Shown here: piece by piece, positions 35,030 through 47,101 of the stretch | Position numbering within the stretch: position 1 is the first letter of the stretch | Layout: each line of letters starts with the position of its first letter | NCBI RefSeq assembly: GCF_000143415.4 | Contig: NW_003314272.1 | Coordinates: 55,144-119,143, forward strand | Origin: Selaginella moellendorffii | Lineage: Eukaryota; Plantae; Lycopodiophyta | Direction: 5' to 3' | DNA: 64,000 bases | Made by a program: the position numbers and the translations under genes | The notes under the pieces: generated by a model | Told to the model about the DNA's origin: nothing | Database searches by the model: none | The model's input: the letters and a program-made list of their open reading frames with translations, nothing else

Positions 35030-36391
35030 ATGGGCCGCCACTCGTGTTGCCAGAAGCAGAAGCTCAAGAAGGGATTGTGGTCGCCAGAGGAGGATGAGAA
35101 GCTGGTCAGGTACATTACCAAGTATGGCCACGGCTGCTGGAGTGCGGTGCCAAAGCAAGCAGGTGCTCTTGTGAAACTGGAGAGAGAGAGAGAACGAGAG
35201 GCATTGACAAAATCTGGTTTCATGGTGGCTTGGCTTCCAGGGCTTCAGCGATGCGGGAAGAGCTGCCGGCTGAGATGGATCAACTACCTCAGGCCCGATC
35301 TGAAGCGAGGTGTCTTCTCCGCAACCGAGGAGAAGCTCATCATTGAGCTCCATGCTGTCCTCGGTAACAGGTGGTGCACCTTTCTCTTCCTAGTATGCAT
35401 GCATATATGCCAATTCGTTGCTCATTACGAGCGTTGCCACAGATGGTCTCAAATCGCCACACAGTTGCCCGGGAGAACAGACAACGAGATAAAAAACTAC
35501 TGGAACACTTGCATCAAGAAGAAGCTCAAGCAAATTGGCATCGATCCCAACACGCACAGGCCGCTGGATGAAGCGGGGCTGGCGGTGGCATCTACAGGTT
35601 CCGCATCGCCAGCCGCAAGCATGGACATGAACGTGAGTGTCGAGTGTAATTTGCATCACAGAACGACGACCTTGTACCCTTGCGCGTTTGAGGACATTCT
35701 TTTCAACCCCACTTCCACTACTCGATCCATTGGTGTTGGACGCCACCACCTGCTCAAGCTCCAAGCTCTCGAGGGAAGCAGCATCAGCAGCAGTAGCAGC
35801 AGCAGTAGTAACATTCACTTGACGGACTCTCTGGTGGAGAAATTCCTGGCGAGTGGGCTTGATCACACCAGGCAGCCATCTGCATCTTCCTACAGCTGTT
35901 ACGACTCTGCGCTCATTTCCTCGTCCTACGACAACGAGCTGCACATGTTGCAAGGGCATGGGCCGGGGGATCAACGCCAGCCAGACCCATGTCTCTTCTC
36001 CTTCCTTGCAGCGGCTGAGGAAGGATTTGGGATGGTCAGTAGCAGGGGGGGGCTGGCGTACTACGGCGACTCTTTCAACTCCGGGGAAGCAGTAGCTGCT
36101 GCAGCAGCAGGAGCTGGCAGCAACACGGCGAGCAGCAGTAGCGCTACAGCCACGGGGGGCGAGGAGGTGGAAGCGGATGAGCACAGCAATGTGGTCCAGT
36201 GGTGTGAGCTAATGCCGGTGTCGTTCGCGGTGCACGAGTTTGAAAAATGTCATGATCAGGAGGTGGCGTTGAAACAAGAGGATCCGGGGCAGAGCCTGTG
36301 CTGGTCACAGCAAGCTGCAATGGGCATGGGCGTGGGCATGTGCATGTCTCCGGAACTGGAGCGGATTGCAGCGGTCATCGATGAGATGTAA
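35030..36391 (+). CDS. R2R3-MYB transcription factor, MYB61/MYB55/MYB86-like N-terminus
   Basis: [48 protein letters not shown] and [28 protein letters not shown]. Introns at the canonical positions (35163-35240, 35371-35442). Confidence 0.95.
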   Translation: MGRHSCCQKQKLKKGLWSPEEDEKLVRYITKYGHGCWSAVPKQAGALVKLEREREREALTKSGFMVAWLPGLQRCGKSCRLRWINYLRPDLKRGVFSATEEKLIIELHAVLGNRWCTFLFLVCMHICQFVAHYERCHRWSQIATQLPGRTDNEIKNYWNTCIKKKLKQIGIDPNTHRPLDEAGLAVASTGSASPAASMDMNVSVECNLHHRTTTLYPCAFEDILFNPTSTTRSIGVGRHHLLKLQALEGSSISSSSSSSSNIHLTDSLVEKFLASGLDHTRQPSASSYSCYDSALISSSYDNELHMLQGHGPGDQRQPDPCLFSFLAAAEEGFGMVSSRGGLAYYGDSFNSGEAVAAAAAGAGSNTASSSSATATGGEEVEADEHSNVVQWCELMPVSFAVHEFEKCHDQEVALKQEDPGQSLCWSQQAAMGMGVGMCMSPELERIAAVIDEM

Positions 36392-36405
36392 TCCCCATTT
36401 CCTGT

Positions 36406-36445
36406 GGTGTGTGTGTGTGTGGGTGGTGTGTGCGTGTGTGTGTTT
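36406..36445. repeat. Imperfect (GT)n microsatellite
   Basis: Seen directly in the sequence. Confidence 0.8.
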
Positions 36446-36767
36446 GTATTTTTGGTATCTAAGGTCTATAGAAAGTGTGACAATGATACGAGGAATGTTG
36501 ACCTGGCCGCAGGAATAGGATGTTGCCGTCCCTGACTCCTGCCCAACAAGCCAAATCCGCGAGAATGTTGGCATGATGGTGGCACTAACAGAGGCGGGAT
36601 CCTTGTTTGTTGCCGTGCGGTGGAATGGACGGATGGGGCAAGGACGTGACAAGCCCCTCTTTGTTGTTTCTTGTGTCGCGCCCAGCAAGCGAAACAATGC
36701 GAGGAGCGACTTCCTAAGCTCCCGACCTCGCTTGTTCCGTGCCTCACGCTCTGGGCAGGGCTGAATC

Positions 36768-39700
36768 ATGGCGACGCAACCGCGCAATGAGGCGCTGGAG
36801 CAGCGAATTGCGGCGGAGGTAATCGATCGCTTAGAAAATCCACGGCATGTAACAATCTCTCTTTCCGTGACGAATCCAATTCAGGGAAGCGAGCAAGCAT
36901 ATCATGCCATTGTCGTCCCAGCGTCAGATACGGGTGGTCCTGCTACCGGTAGAAGCCGTGTCCATCCACTTGCTTACATGGAAGGTAATGGCCGTTTCCT
37001 AGCCGCTGTGCGTGAAGGAGACATGCGTGTCTATGTGGTGACAGAGGCACAGGCATCATATGGTTATGGTACCGTATCTTGGAAGAAGAGGTTGGAAGGC
37101 TGGAGGCTACGAAAAGAAAGATATGAGATGATGACGGCTGAACCTTCTCATGCCAAAGCTGATGATGCCAGCGCCGAGAGCTTCTACTCACCAGACTTAC
37201 CAGTGTATGCTTTACACTCCAATTCTGTGGCTATCAGCAGCATTTGTTGCTACTTGCAGAATGGACCAGGCAAGGCAACCGCTGTCGAGGAAGGTTCCTA
37301 TTGCTTCGAGTTTGGTCAACCCTTACAGGATGGTCATTGTCATTCGGCTCGTAGCTCTGGCTTTCTACTTCCGCTTCCGCATTCTAAATCCAGTTGGCAA
37401 TGCATATGGCTTGTGGCTGACATCAGTTGTGTGCGAGATTTGGTTCGCTCTCTCTTGGATAGCTCATCAACTTCCTAAATGGATCCCAGTTGTAAGGGAG
37501 ACATACCTTGACCGCCTTGCCCTCAGGTATGTAAGACGATATCAGAGGTTTTGCTACGACTGATTGATGATTAAAAGGTATGAGAAACAAGGGCAGGTGT
37601 GCGGCCTGCCCGCGATAGATGTCTTGGTTGCGACGGAGGACCCGTTTAAGGACCCTCTTCTGGCCACAACCAACGCCGTCCTTTCCGTCCTCTCTGTTGA
37701 TTACCCCGTCGAAAAGCTCTCGTGCTATGTCTCGGACGACAGCGCTGCCATGCTTACGTTTGAAGGCCTTTGCGAGACATCGGAATTTGCGAGAAAATGG
37801 GTGCCTTTCTGCAGGAGCTTTAACGTCGAGCCTCGTGCACCCCAAGTCTATTTTGCCCAGAAGATTGACTATGCCGACACCAAGTTTCAATCGTCTTTCG
37901 TCAAGGAGAGGCGGGCAATGAAGGCATGCATACTTTTTTTTTTTCATCTTTTGTTCTGGCTGAGTAATATTTCAGAGAGAGTACGAAGAGTTCAAAGTGA
38001 GAATCAATGCGTTGGTGGAGAAGGCTGCCAAAGTTCCTGAAGAAGGCTGGAGCATGCAAAATGGAACCCCATGGCCAGGAACCAACAGCCGAGACCATCC
38101 AGGCATGATACAGGTAATTATTATTGGAAAGAGCAGGTGTCTAGTTAAACTTGTTCGCAAATTCACAGGTGTTTCTTGGTCACAGCGGGGGACACGACAG
38201 CGACGGCAATGAGCTACCACGTCTTGTGTACGTCTCCCGAGAGAGACGCCCCGGATTCAAGCATCACAACAAGGCGGGAGCAATGAATGCTTTGGTGAAA
38301 CCAATGTTTAAACTGTTTATATCACTCACTGATCACGCCTTGCTCCGTAAACAGGTGCGTGTGTCCGCCGTCTTGACAAACGCCCCGTATGTTGTGGACG
38401 TCAACTGCGCTGATTATGTCAACAACAGCCGCGCACTGCGTGAGGCAATGTGTCTTATGATGGACACAATGGTTGGGAAAAAGGCGTGCTTTGTGCAGTT
38501 TCCACAGAGATTCGGCAGCCATGACAATGAGCATGCTGTCTTCTTTGACGTGAGTTGGCGACCAGTTTCTCTTGTCTGGATTTCTGAGTTGCGCACGACT
38601 GTGTGACAGATAAATCTCAAAGGCTTGGATGGTATCCAGGGTCCCATGTATGTCGGGAGGGGATGCGTTTTCCGGCGACAGGCACTGTACGGCGTGTGTG
38701 CACCTGTGAGCGGCAAAGCGCGGCAGCGCTTGCATTGCCGGGTGGGGGACGAAGAAGGTGCGTGCCATTTTGCAAGTTTTTAGCACCTTATACAAACATT
38801 TGGACGCAGGTGACGAAAAAAGGTTGGAGAAGCGTTACGGGCAGTCACCGGTCTTTGTCGCGTCAACGAGGCAAGAAGCAGTTCCTAGTAGCCCCAACGA
38901 TGACGGTAGCCTATCGACGTCGGCTCTTCTGAAAGAGGCAATTCACGTGATCAGCTGCGGCTACGAGGACAAGAGCGAGTGGGGGAAAGAGGTAAAGAGA
39001 GATGAAAATTGCTGGGAAAAGGCCTGACGCTTGCTTGGTCACAGGTTGGTTGGATTTACGGGGGAGGCGATTGTGTGGCCGGCATGTTGATGCATGCCAG
39101 GGGCTGGCGCTCCACATACTGCATGCCTCAGCGACCAGCATTCAAGAGTTGCGGGCTGCTGGACGTGGCAGGGAAATTGGAACAATTGCTGGTGCAATCT
39201 ATGGCCAGCATGGAGCTTGTGTTGAGCAAGCACTGTCCACTGTGGTATGGCTATGGTGGTCGCCTCAAGCTGCTTCAGCGGCTGGCCTACCTCAGCAGCG
39301 CTTTCCATCCTCTAAACTCCATTCCACTCGTCGTCTATACCACACTGCCTGCCGTGTGCCTCTTGACTGGCAAGTTCATCCTTCCCGAGGTACGTGTGTC
39401 ACGTTTGTGCCATTGTTTCATCCAACGCTCGCATGCAGTTGGGAAGGTCAGCCAGCCTGTTGCTCGTGACAGTGCTCTTGTGCATTGGTGCAAGTGCCAT
39501 CCTGGAGATGCGGTGGAGTGGAGTGAGCGCGGAGGAATGGTGGCAAGACGAGCAGTTGTGGGTGATTGGAGGCGTCTCGTCGCACTTGGTTGCATTGTTC
39601 CAAGGCCTCGTCAAGGTTTTGGGTGGTGGTGACAGTTTCAGCTTTGAAGCCCCTACCTGCGTTTGTATCTCAACCGGAACCGGATGGAGCAGCCTTCTCG

Positions 39701-40005
39701 TCCCTCCCTTGACAATTCTGGTGATCAATATGGTAGGGGTGGCAGCTGGGCTGTCAGATACACTCAATAACGGCTACGAGTCATGGGGGCCACTGCTTGG
39801 CAAACTTCTGTTTGCCTTTTGGGTGATCTCGCACCTCTACCCATTCCTTAAGGCTACCATGGCTAGGCACAACCGCACACCCACAATCGTCATCGTATGG
39901 TCCATTCTGTTAGCATCCATCTTTTCGCTTCTCTGGGTGCGAATTAACCCTTTCATTCCCAAGCTGGTTGGTCCCAGCTTGGAGGAGTGCGGCATTAACT
40001 GCTGA
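36768..40005 (+). CDS. Cellulose synthase (CesA)-like protein lacking the RING domain, with degenerate catalytic motifs
   Basis: [82 protein letters not shown] and [28 protein letters not shown]. Confidence 0.9.
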
Positions 40006-40363
40006 CTGCGCTTCACGCAGGGGTTTGCATAAGGTTGGAGAAGCGTGGCTATGGTCTCTTCCTGTAGCTCCTCCTGTGAAGAAAAACAAACCAGAGGGCA
40101 CCTCGAGCTGCCGGGGCGATGGATTGAACGGGCGCTGTAAGATGCAACTTTTGTGCATTTCGTACGGGTAGCAATAAGGACGATCTGTGTCCATCGTGAG
40201 GCCTCCTCAGCTTTGTCTCCTGCTGGTTGTGTTACGGTATATCCAAGCGAGTGGTAACACCGGTAGCGTAGTAAGATTTTTGTGCGCAAGCCATGGCTTG
40301 AGACATTGGCGCAGCTTCAGGATGCCGCGGCATTGCAACCCTTTTACCCTAAAACTCCATGCA

Positions 40364-42312
40364 ATGGAGGGGGGCTCGGAGGAGTCATCAGAGTTGGCGC
40401 AGCCCCTGCAGCTCGGCTTGGATGGCGATGGAGGCGAGGTGGAGGACTGTTTTGGTCCTGCAACAGAGGTGGCGTGGCAACCGAATGCGGCGCTGTGCCG
40501 AAACTTTGACAAGGTACGTGGTGGTGCCCGAGGACTCTGCTTTGATATCCGGTGCAGTTGAAGCTCCTTTACATCCAGTCCACGCAGCTCAATTTACGAC
40601 TGCAAGCGACATGTGGAGTGCTGAGGAAAGAAAAGGTAAGGCGCTTTACCTCCTTTCATGCTCCCCGCTGTCTATAGGAAGAGATGGAGAAGAGATACTT
40701 CGCTGCTGCGGGTTTTGGAAGCGAGAGCGACAGGTGTACAGTTGCTCATTCTGTTTATTTACCTCCATCTGTGTCGTGTGTCAAGGCGTCCAGAAGATGC
40801 TGAATTGCAAGCCAGTCCGTCGCCTTTGCCCACATGCACTCGCTGACGTTTGTGTGTGTGCAGACGAGCGGAGGTTAACTCAACTTGAAGCATCCAAGAG
40901 AGCTCTCGAGGGGATGTAAGTCTCTTGCTCAATTGTTTCTCATGTCACTTTTTTGTGCTCCAGCAACGAGCCGGGAGGAATAGTAGGAGTCTGACCTGTA
41001 TCCTATGCGCGCTGTGCTGTTAACACTAGTGTCAATCATGGCAGTGTAAGCATTGCGACGGTAGAGTGTCCGTTATTTCCGGGCTGGAGCAAGCGGTGCA
41101 GCAGTTGAAGTAATATCGCCCCTCGTCTGGTGAAAGTCTCACTCGTTTTTCCAGGGACCGTTTACACACATTCGAAGTGAAACACGACAACGTCTCGCAA
41201 ATGGGAAAGTAACGGTGACGCAATCACGGACCGGTTCTCACATTGTGTGATACCAGGCAGGTGCAGGAAATGGAAGAGACCAGCGATGCGCTAGCCAGAG
41301 CTTGCCGTGAGGAGCAGAGGCAGAGGCAGATGTGTAAAGCCTTGGAAAGCGAAGTATGTGATCTTCGGGCTCTGCTTCGTGCCGTGGAGCAAACCAGTGC
41401 TGAAGCGGAACTCAGGCACCTGAACACAGTCAGTGCCCTCATAAAGGTGGTGTACACACGTGGAGCCTGTCACCCTCTTTGACTGCCTGAAGGATGCAGG
41501 AGAAAGAGGGCCTACATGAGGAGGTTGAAAACTTCCAGCACAAATGTAATGTGCTAGATGCAAGCTTTGGCAAAGTGCAAGAGGAGCTTCTGGACGTGAG
41601 CACGAGGCTAGAGGAATCACGAGCCAAGCTGGGAGAAGCCGTCTGTAAGAATAACGACTCACAGGCCGAAGCAGCTAGCTACAGGTGGACTTTTCCTTGA
41701 TTTGTTCCAATATTTCAACGTTTTAGAGCAGAGTTGAACGAGATGAACTCCAAAGAAAGCTAGATTCGGCGAGAGGAGACATGGCAGAACTTGCGAAGTT
41801 CAGAGAACTGGATCATGTAAATACCGTGGAACAAGTGAAAGTACGTCTTGTGGCTCGGAGGTGCCTTTTTAAAAAACTTACATGCAGAGAAGCTGCGAGT
41901 CGTCGTGGCGGACGCAAGAGAACTCTTCTCAACAGAGGATATCCTCTTTGCGCCGCAAGATACATCAGCTGCAAGCGGTAATCCTTGTGACAGAGTTGGT
42001 CTATTTTGCAACTCTGACATCAGGTGTTTGCAGAAAGTCAAGCAGGCACACAAGCAAATGGCGAGGCTAACTTTTGATAGGAACGAGCTCCTGATCCAGC
42101 AGCAGGAGTACGAAGCGCAACTAAGTGCATTGCGACAGGTACCCTCTTGGCTACAAGTTTGCCTGCTGAAATGCTCCCGTTGCAGCACTCCTCCCGCATT
42201 CGAGCACCAGGCTTTCACCTCTCCTCACCCAAATCGAAACTCATCAGTGCGGAAATTAGTCAGGTTGCAGCACGTCAAGCTAGATACTTTGCCGATACCG
42301 CGCTGTGAATAA
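40364..42312 (+). CDS. Uncharacterised multi-exon coiled-coil protein (3' end uncertain)
   Basis: Spliceable exons with heptad-like E/Q/L/K-rich segments (VQEMEETSDALARACREEQRQRQ; EKEGLHEEVENFQHKCNVL). Confidence 0.55.
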
Positions 42313-42992
42313 TGTCCAAGAGGGAGCAGGCCTTTTGTCTCTTACACGCAGATAGTGATTGCAGGTGGTAGCAGACAAGAATGTGTTTTCGATTGTTTCA
42401 TAGAGTTGAGCTAGAGTCAAATTTTATCCATTGTTAGACTCGTGCATGCAAAGTTCCCGCCACAAGCTAGATACTTTGCCGATACCGCGCTGTGAATAAT
42501 GTCCAAGAGGGAGCAGGCACACGCAGATAGTGATTGCAGGTGGTAGCAGACAAGAATGTGTTTTCGATTGTTTCATAGAGTTGAGCTAGAGTCAAATTTT
42601 ATCCATTGTTAGACTCGTGCATGCAAAGTTCCCGCCGCAAGCTAGATACTTTGCCGATACCGCGCTGTGAATAATGTCCAAGAGGGAGCAGGCACACGCA
42701 GATAGTGATTGCAGGTGGTAGCAGACAAGAATGTGTTTTCGATTGTTTCATAGAGTTGAGCTAGAGTCAAATTTTATCCATTGTTAGACTCGTGCATGCA
42801 AAGTTCCCGCCGCAAGCTAGATACTTTGCCGATACCGCGCTGTGAATAATGTCCAAGAGGGAGCAGGCACACGCAGATAGTGATTGCAGGTGGTAGCAGA
42901 CAAGAATGTGTTTTCGATTGTTTCATAGAGTTGAGCTAGAGTCAAATTTTATCCATTGTTAGACTCGTGTATGCAAAGTTCCCGCCGCAAGC
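42276..42992 (+). repeat. Tandem repeat, 4 units (187 + 3 x 175 bp), near-identical
   Basis: CAAGCTAGATACTTTGCC occurs at 42276, 42463, 42638 and 42813, with a terminal CAAGC at 42988. Confidence 0.95.
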
Positions 42993-43040
42993 ATTACAAA
43001 ATACAGTTCTGAAAGAGAGAGAGAAAAAGGCTGGCCTCCA

Positions 43041-45552
43041 CTATATGCTCCTATAATCAATCACTGTAACATCGTCTTCCGGCGCGTCAAGATCGTGATA
43101 GCTGCACGGCAGGGTTAGTTCAACAGAATTACGAAATGAGAAGAGAAACCTTCGCATGTGACGAGGGTCGTGCCTAACTGGAGGAACCATCTGCGGCGTC
43201 TCCAAAACACCCCGTCCCTTTCGTCCACGGTCACCACCATCAAATGAAGGATCAAATGGAGCGGGATGAAAAGGCTGCGGGCCGCCGCCGTGCTCTCTCC
43301 ACATGCGCATGGTCACGTCAGGAGGGGCAGGGACAAATGGACCCAAGGGCCTGGCCACACAAGCTTGAGAAGGAATGCACACGAAAACAAGGAAACACTC
43401 ACCCCGCGCCAGGCACAGGCATCAACACTGGAGGAGGTATTTCCGAACCAAATGCTCCCCCGTGAATGTTGGTCCCACCAAAAGGATCAAACATTGGCTG
43501 CTCCGATGACGCTGGTCCGGCCCCTTCATATGGATAATCTCCAGCCGGCGATTTATCCACGTCCTCGCCACGGCCTCGACTCCTATCCGAATTTCCCAAC
43601 AGACCGGGCCTACGCCTGTGCAGCCTGCTGTCCCTCTGAAACAAATACCACCACGTTACGGACGTCATCTAGGCGAGGCTTACCTGGTTCGCTTGCACGG
43701 AGGCCACGCCAGGAGCATTAGGATCACTGTTTGGACACGTTTGGACATTAAACTCGGTAACTCGAGCATGGACGACGTACCTCATGTAGTTTTGATAGTA
43801 GAGCTCTCGTCGGAGTTTGGCCATGGACTCGTTTACAATCTCAGGATGCTTCAGCTTGAGATGCTTGTGTACAAATTCTGGTCCATGGAAAAGCTTCGAG
43901 CACCCAGTAGCCAAGCACCCATACTTCCATCCATACTTTTCGTCCCTTATTTTTCGTACGTAGGGTTCAAGCGCTTCTGACATAGACGCCTCCGACTTGT
44001 CCTTGCCAAGCATAGCTTCTACGGGATCCTGGCCCTGCAATCGTGCCTGCCATGTAGAGTCCAGCTTTTTTTCCCATTCAGCCCGTGCGTTGTCATCGCC
44101 TGCCTTCTCCTCCCCTCTGAGGTGTCGAAACCCTTTCGGCAGCTCACGTAGCTCCATCATTCCGTAGTAATCCAAACCGTGGACTCTCCACAGGTACGTG
44201 AGCATTACGTCCAGCAGTTCGATGCCCTCGAGACCCTTCACCTGGTTAGCCCCTCGAACTATAACAATAGGACCACCGGTTTCACTGCTCAAGTTCTGTT
44301 GCTCAGAAGAAAAGAGGATGTTTCCTTCTACACCCTTTTCAGTGTCCAGCTTTTTAACCAGCGCCTGCGCCTGTTCTATATCTATGGCCACCCTCTTTAA
44401 ATCCGAGGAAGCGTGTTGTGCTCGTGGGATAGTATCCGCCTGACGGCCCCCCATTCTCTTGTCGTCGTCCGTTTCAACATCTGCGGTGGATCTGCTACCA
44501 GCAGCAGCAGCAGCCGCCGTCCTACACCAAGCAATGTCAGATACGAACGGGAACACCTCACCCGACTCACATGTCCAAACTTCCAGCCTGCAGCTCCAAA
44601 ATAAAGTCCCGTGCACTAGACTTCGCAGTTTCAATCCTCCTGCAACCACGAGCGCACACGTCAACAATAACTCTAGATTCCTGAGATCATACCGAACCTA
44701 GCCATAAGGGAGTCCAGCCGCGACGGATCGTACTTCTCCCGTAGCCTGGACCCGACGAAATTTGTGAAACGGATAACAATTGACAAGTCACGCGACTTCG
44801 TACCAGTCTTCCTCCTTGTGCTGCTCGAAATAGGCTCGCTTCTGAGTGGAGACGTATTCCGCTTTGTATTCCTCATACCTGCACAGCTAAAAGGTGAGAA
44901 GCTGCTACGGAAGCGAGGCAAAGACCTGCGCTCGGCTTCAGCGGGAAGAATGTCGTCCTCTAGCTCCACGATAAACTGCTTGTAAGACAAGAGTCCGTCC
45001 CTGCGCGCAGCGCACGATTAGAAAAAAAGGAGCGGCAGAGTTAGGCGAGGGAGAAACCTGCGAGGGTAGGCATCACCATACATGCTTCGCCCGGACCACT
45101 CTGGAAAAACAAAAGGTGACTGAGCATGTGGAAAGGAAAGGGGAGTATGAGAGCCCACCATTAGAACGATGCCGGCCGTAGTCACCACCATAGCCTCTAC
45201 CAAGAATACCATCCCTGGAGAAATGAGGCAAGCTGAGTAGCGCAAGAGCGGAAAGAAAAGGTCAAGTGAGTTACCTTCCGCCCTCATAACCTCCCCGGTC
45301 GTCATCCCGTCGAGAGCGCTTGTGGGCGGCAGGAGACCTGCGGGAGGGGGAATGGCGTCGGTCCCGGTGGGGCAAGGGAGGCGGGGACAGGCTCTTGCGC
45401 CGCTTGTTGTGCTTGTCGTGACGGCTTGCCTGCCTGCTCTCATCCTCACCTCGCCTCTTGCTGTCGCCTGCGTCGTCGGCAGCTCCCCCTTTGCGCCGCT
45501 CCGCGGTGTCCCTGGGGAGTGGCTCCGGAGGCAGATCCATGACATCCGCCAT
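43041..45552 (-). CDS. SE: SERRATE (ARS2) RNA effector
   Basis: SYKQFIVELEDDILPAEAERR, YLWRVHGLDYYG, DEKYGWKYGCLATGCSKLFHGPEFVHKHLKLKHPE (C2H2 finger) and YHDLDAPEDDVTVIDYRS. Confidence 0.95.
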
Positions 45553-46042
45553 GGCCAGACTACTCTAGGGTAAGAGTGCGGGAGATTAGGGCTCAATATT
45601 AAGGCTCTAAGATTTTGGTCCAACGGGATTGATACATTTGAGTTGCCGCTCGGATATGGTGGGAGCATCTTATTTCGGGATCTTCCCGCATGGATGGATG
45701 GAAGGCTGTCCACGAGTTGAGCAAGACGCCTTTCAAGCCTGTTGCTGTCTGAGCGGCTGGAAACAAGAGTCGAAGAACTTGATCTCACAGAAAGTCCATT
45801 CCAAGCGTTGCACGCCACCTTTCTCGTCCCCGCCACCTTGTCCGTTTGAAGGCATTCATGTGATACGCGAGTGGAAGAAGGCAAGTCATTTACAGTGGAA
45901 GGTCTTCCCGTTGGAAGAGGCCATGCAACTCTCGGAGTTGACGCCCTGATACAGCGCTGATATGGACCAGGACTTTGTTGCGTCGAGATATTGTGTATTT
46001 CAAAACGCTTTCTTCTCGACGCAGCTCTACTTGGCGAGATGA

Positions 46043-46993
46043 CTATGCCAAGAAGGTCCTCAATGTAAAAGACGCATGGAGGTCCTAAGAAGCGCATGAG
46101 AGAAAGGCAGAGAATGGGATGAGGCCCTACCTTTCCACCTTGCTCCTGCTGTAGCCGCTGAGAAACGAGAGTGAACTGCTGGAGAAGTCTCTCCATGGAT
46201 GTGTAACTGGGAAGCTTGCCATGGTCTGAAAGAAGGGACAACAAGAGGGTGAGGGGCGATGGCAGGGAAAGCAGCCGCTTGCCTAGGAGCGCCCGATTCA
46301 GCATGTCTGCGATGTTCTGCCTGTAGTCCACACTGAGCAACGAGAACAAGGGCGACGTCTCTGGTTCCGAGTATGCCAGTAATGCCATGCAGTCCTGTCA
46401 CCCTGGGCTCAACGCCTATCAAGGACAAACGGTTCAAGCTACCTGGAGTTTATCGACGTAGTGCTTCTCCTTCCCAAAAGGCGTTAGCTCTCGCTGTGCA
46501 AACTCCAGAGCACCTATGCTGGAGGTAGATAAACAAAAGAAGGACGAGAGAAGCGAAAGAAGAAGCTTACGCGTTTCTGGACCGCACGAGCTCTATAAAG
46601 TGGAGAGTGAGGAGATCGAAGTGCAAGTCCTTGTTGTCTAGTAAGAGGCCTGGAGCGACTCCATTGGTGAGATCAATAGCCTTGAGTGGCTCCCCTCCCA
46701 TAACGTGGTTATAGATTGCTGCGCGGGCACCAGCGTGAGTACGAGAGGAGCAAGTGGGGCTGGGGATGCCTTACGCTTTCTCCTGTCGATGTCCATGGAG
46801 AAGTCAGCAGAGCAATTCATTTCCGTGGACGCTATGAAAGCCTCGGCTGTTTCTTTGAAGCAATTGTGGACCAGGTAGCCGAGCAGGACTTTTTTGACAT
46901 CGTTGTCATCAACCTTCTGCAGCAGCGAGGAGTTAATAGCGCAGCTCGAGCCCTAGGCTAATCGAGAGGGCTTACCACGTTCTCCACATCCAT
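46043..46993 (-). CDS. LisH/CTLH/CRA protein, GID8/TWA1-like (CTLH E3 ligase subunit)
   Basis: Spliced translation includes VLLGYLVHNCFKETAEAF, DLHFDLLTLHFIELVR, ALEFAQRELTPFG and DCMALLAYSEPETSPL. Confidence 0.85.
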
Positions 46994-47101
46994 GACCGCG
47001 CCGCGCCGCGCCGCGCCTTTCCCCCCTTCCACACAACCTAAAAATTGCTCTACTTAGGTAACAAAAATCTTTGGCATTTTTTACACACAAGGCGCAGATA
47101 T

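Noticed and set aside
45018-46388. 456-aa ORF bridging the GID8-like gene and SERRATE
   Set aside because: It runs through introns and intergenic DNA and is out of frame with SERRATE. Only its first exon-length part is real GID8-like coding sequence.
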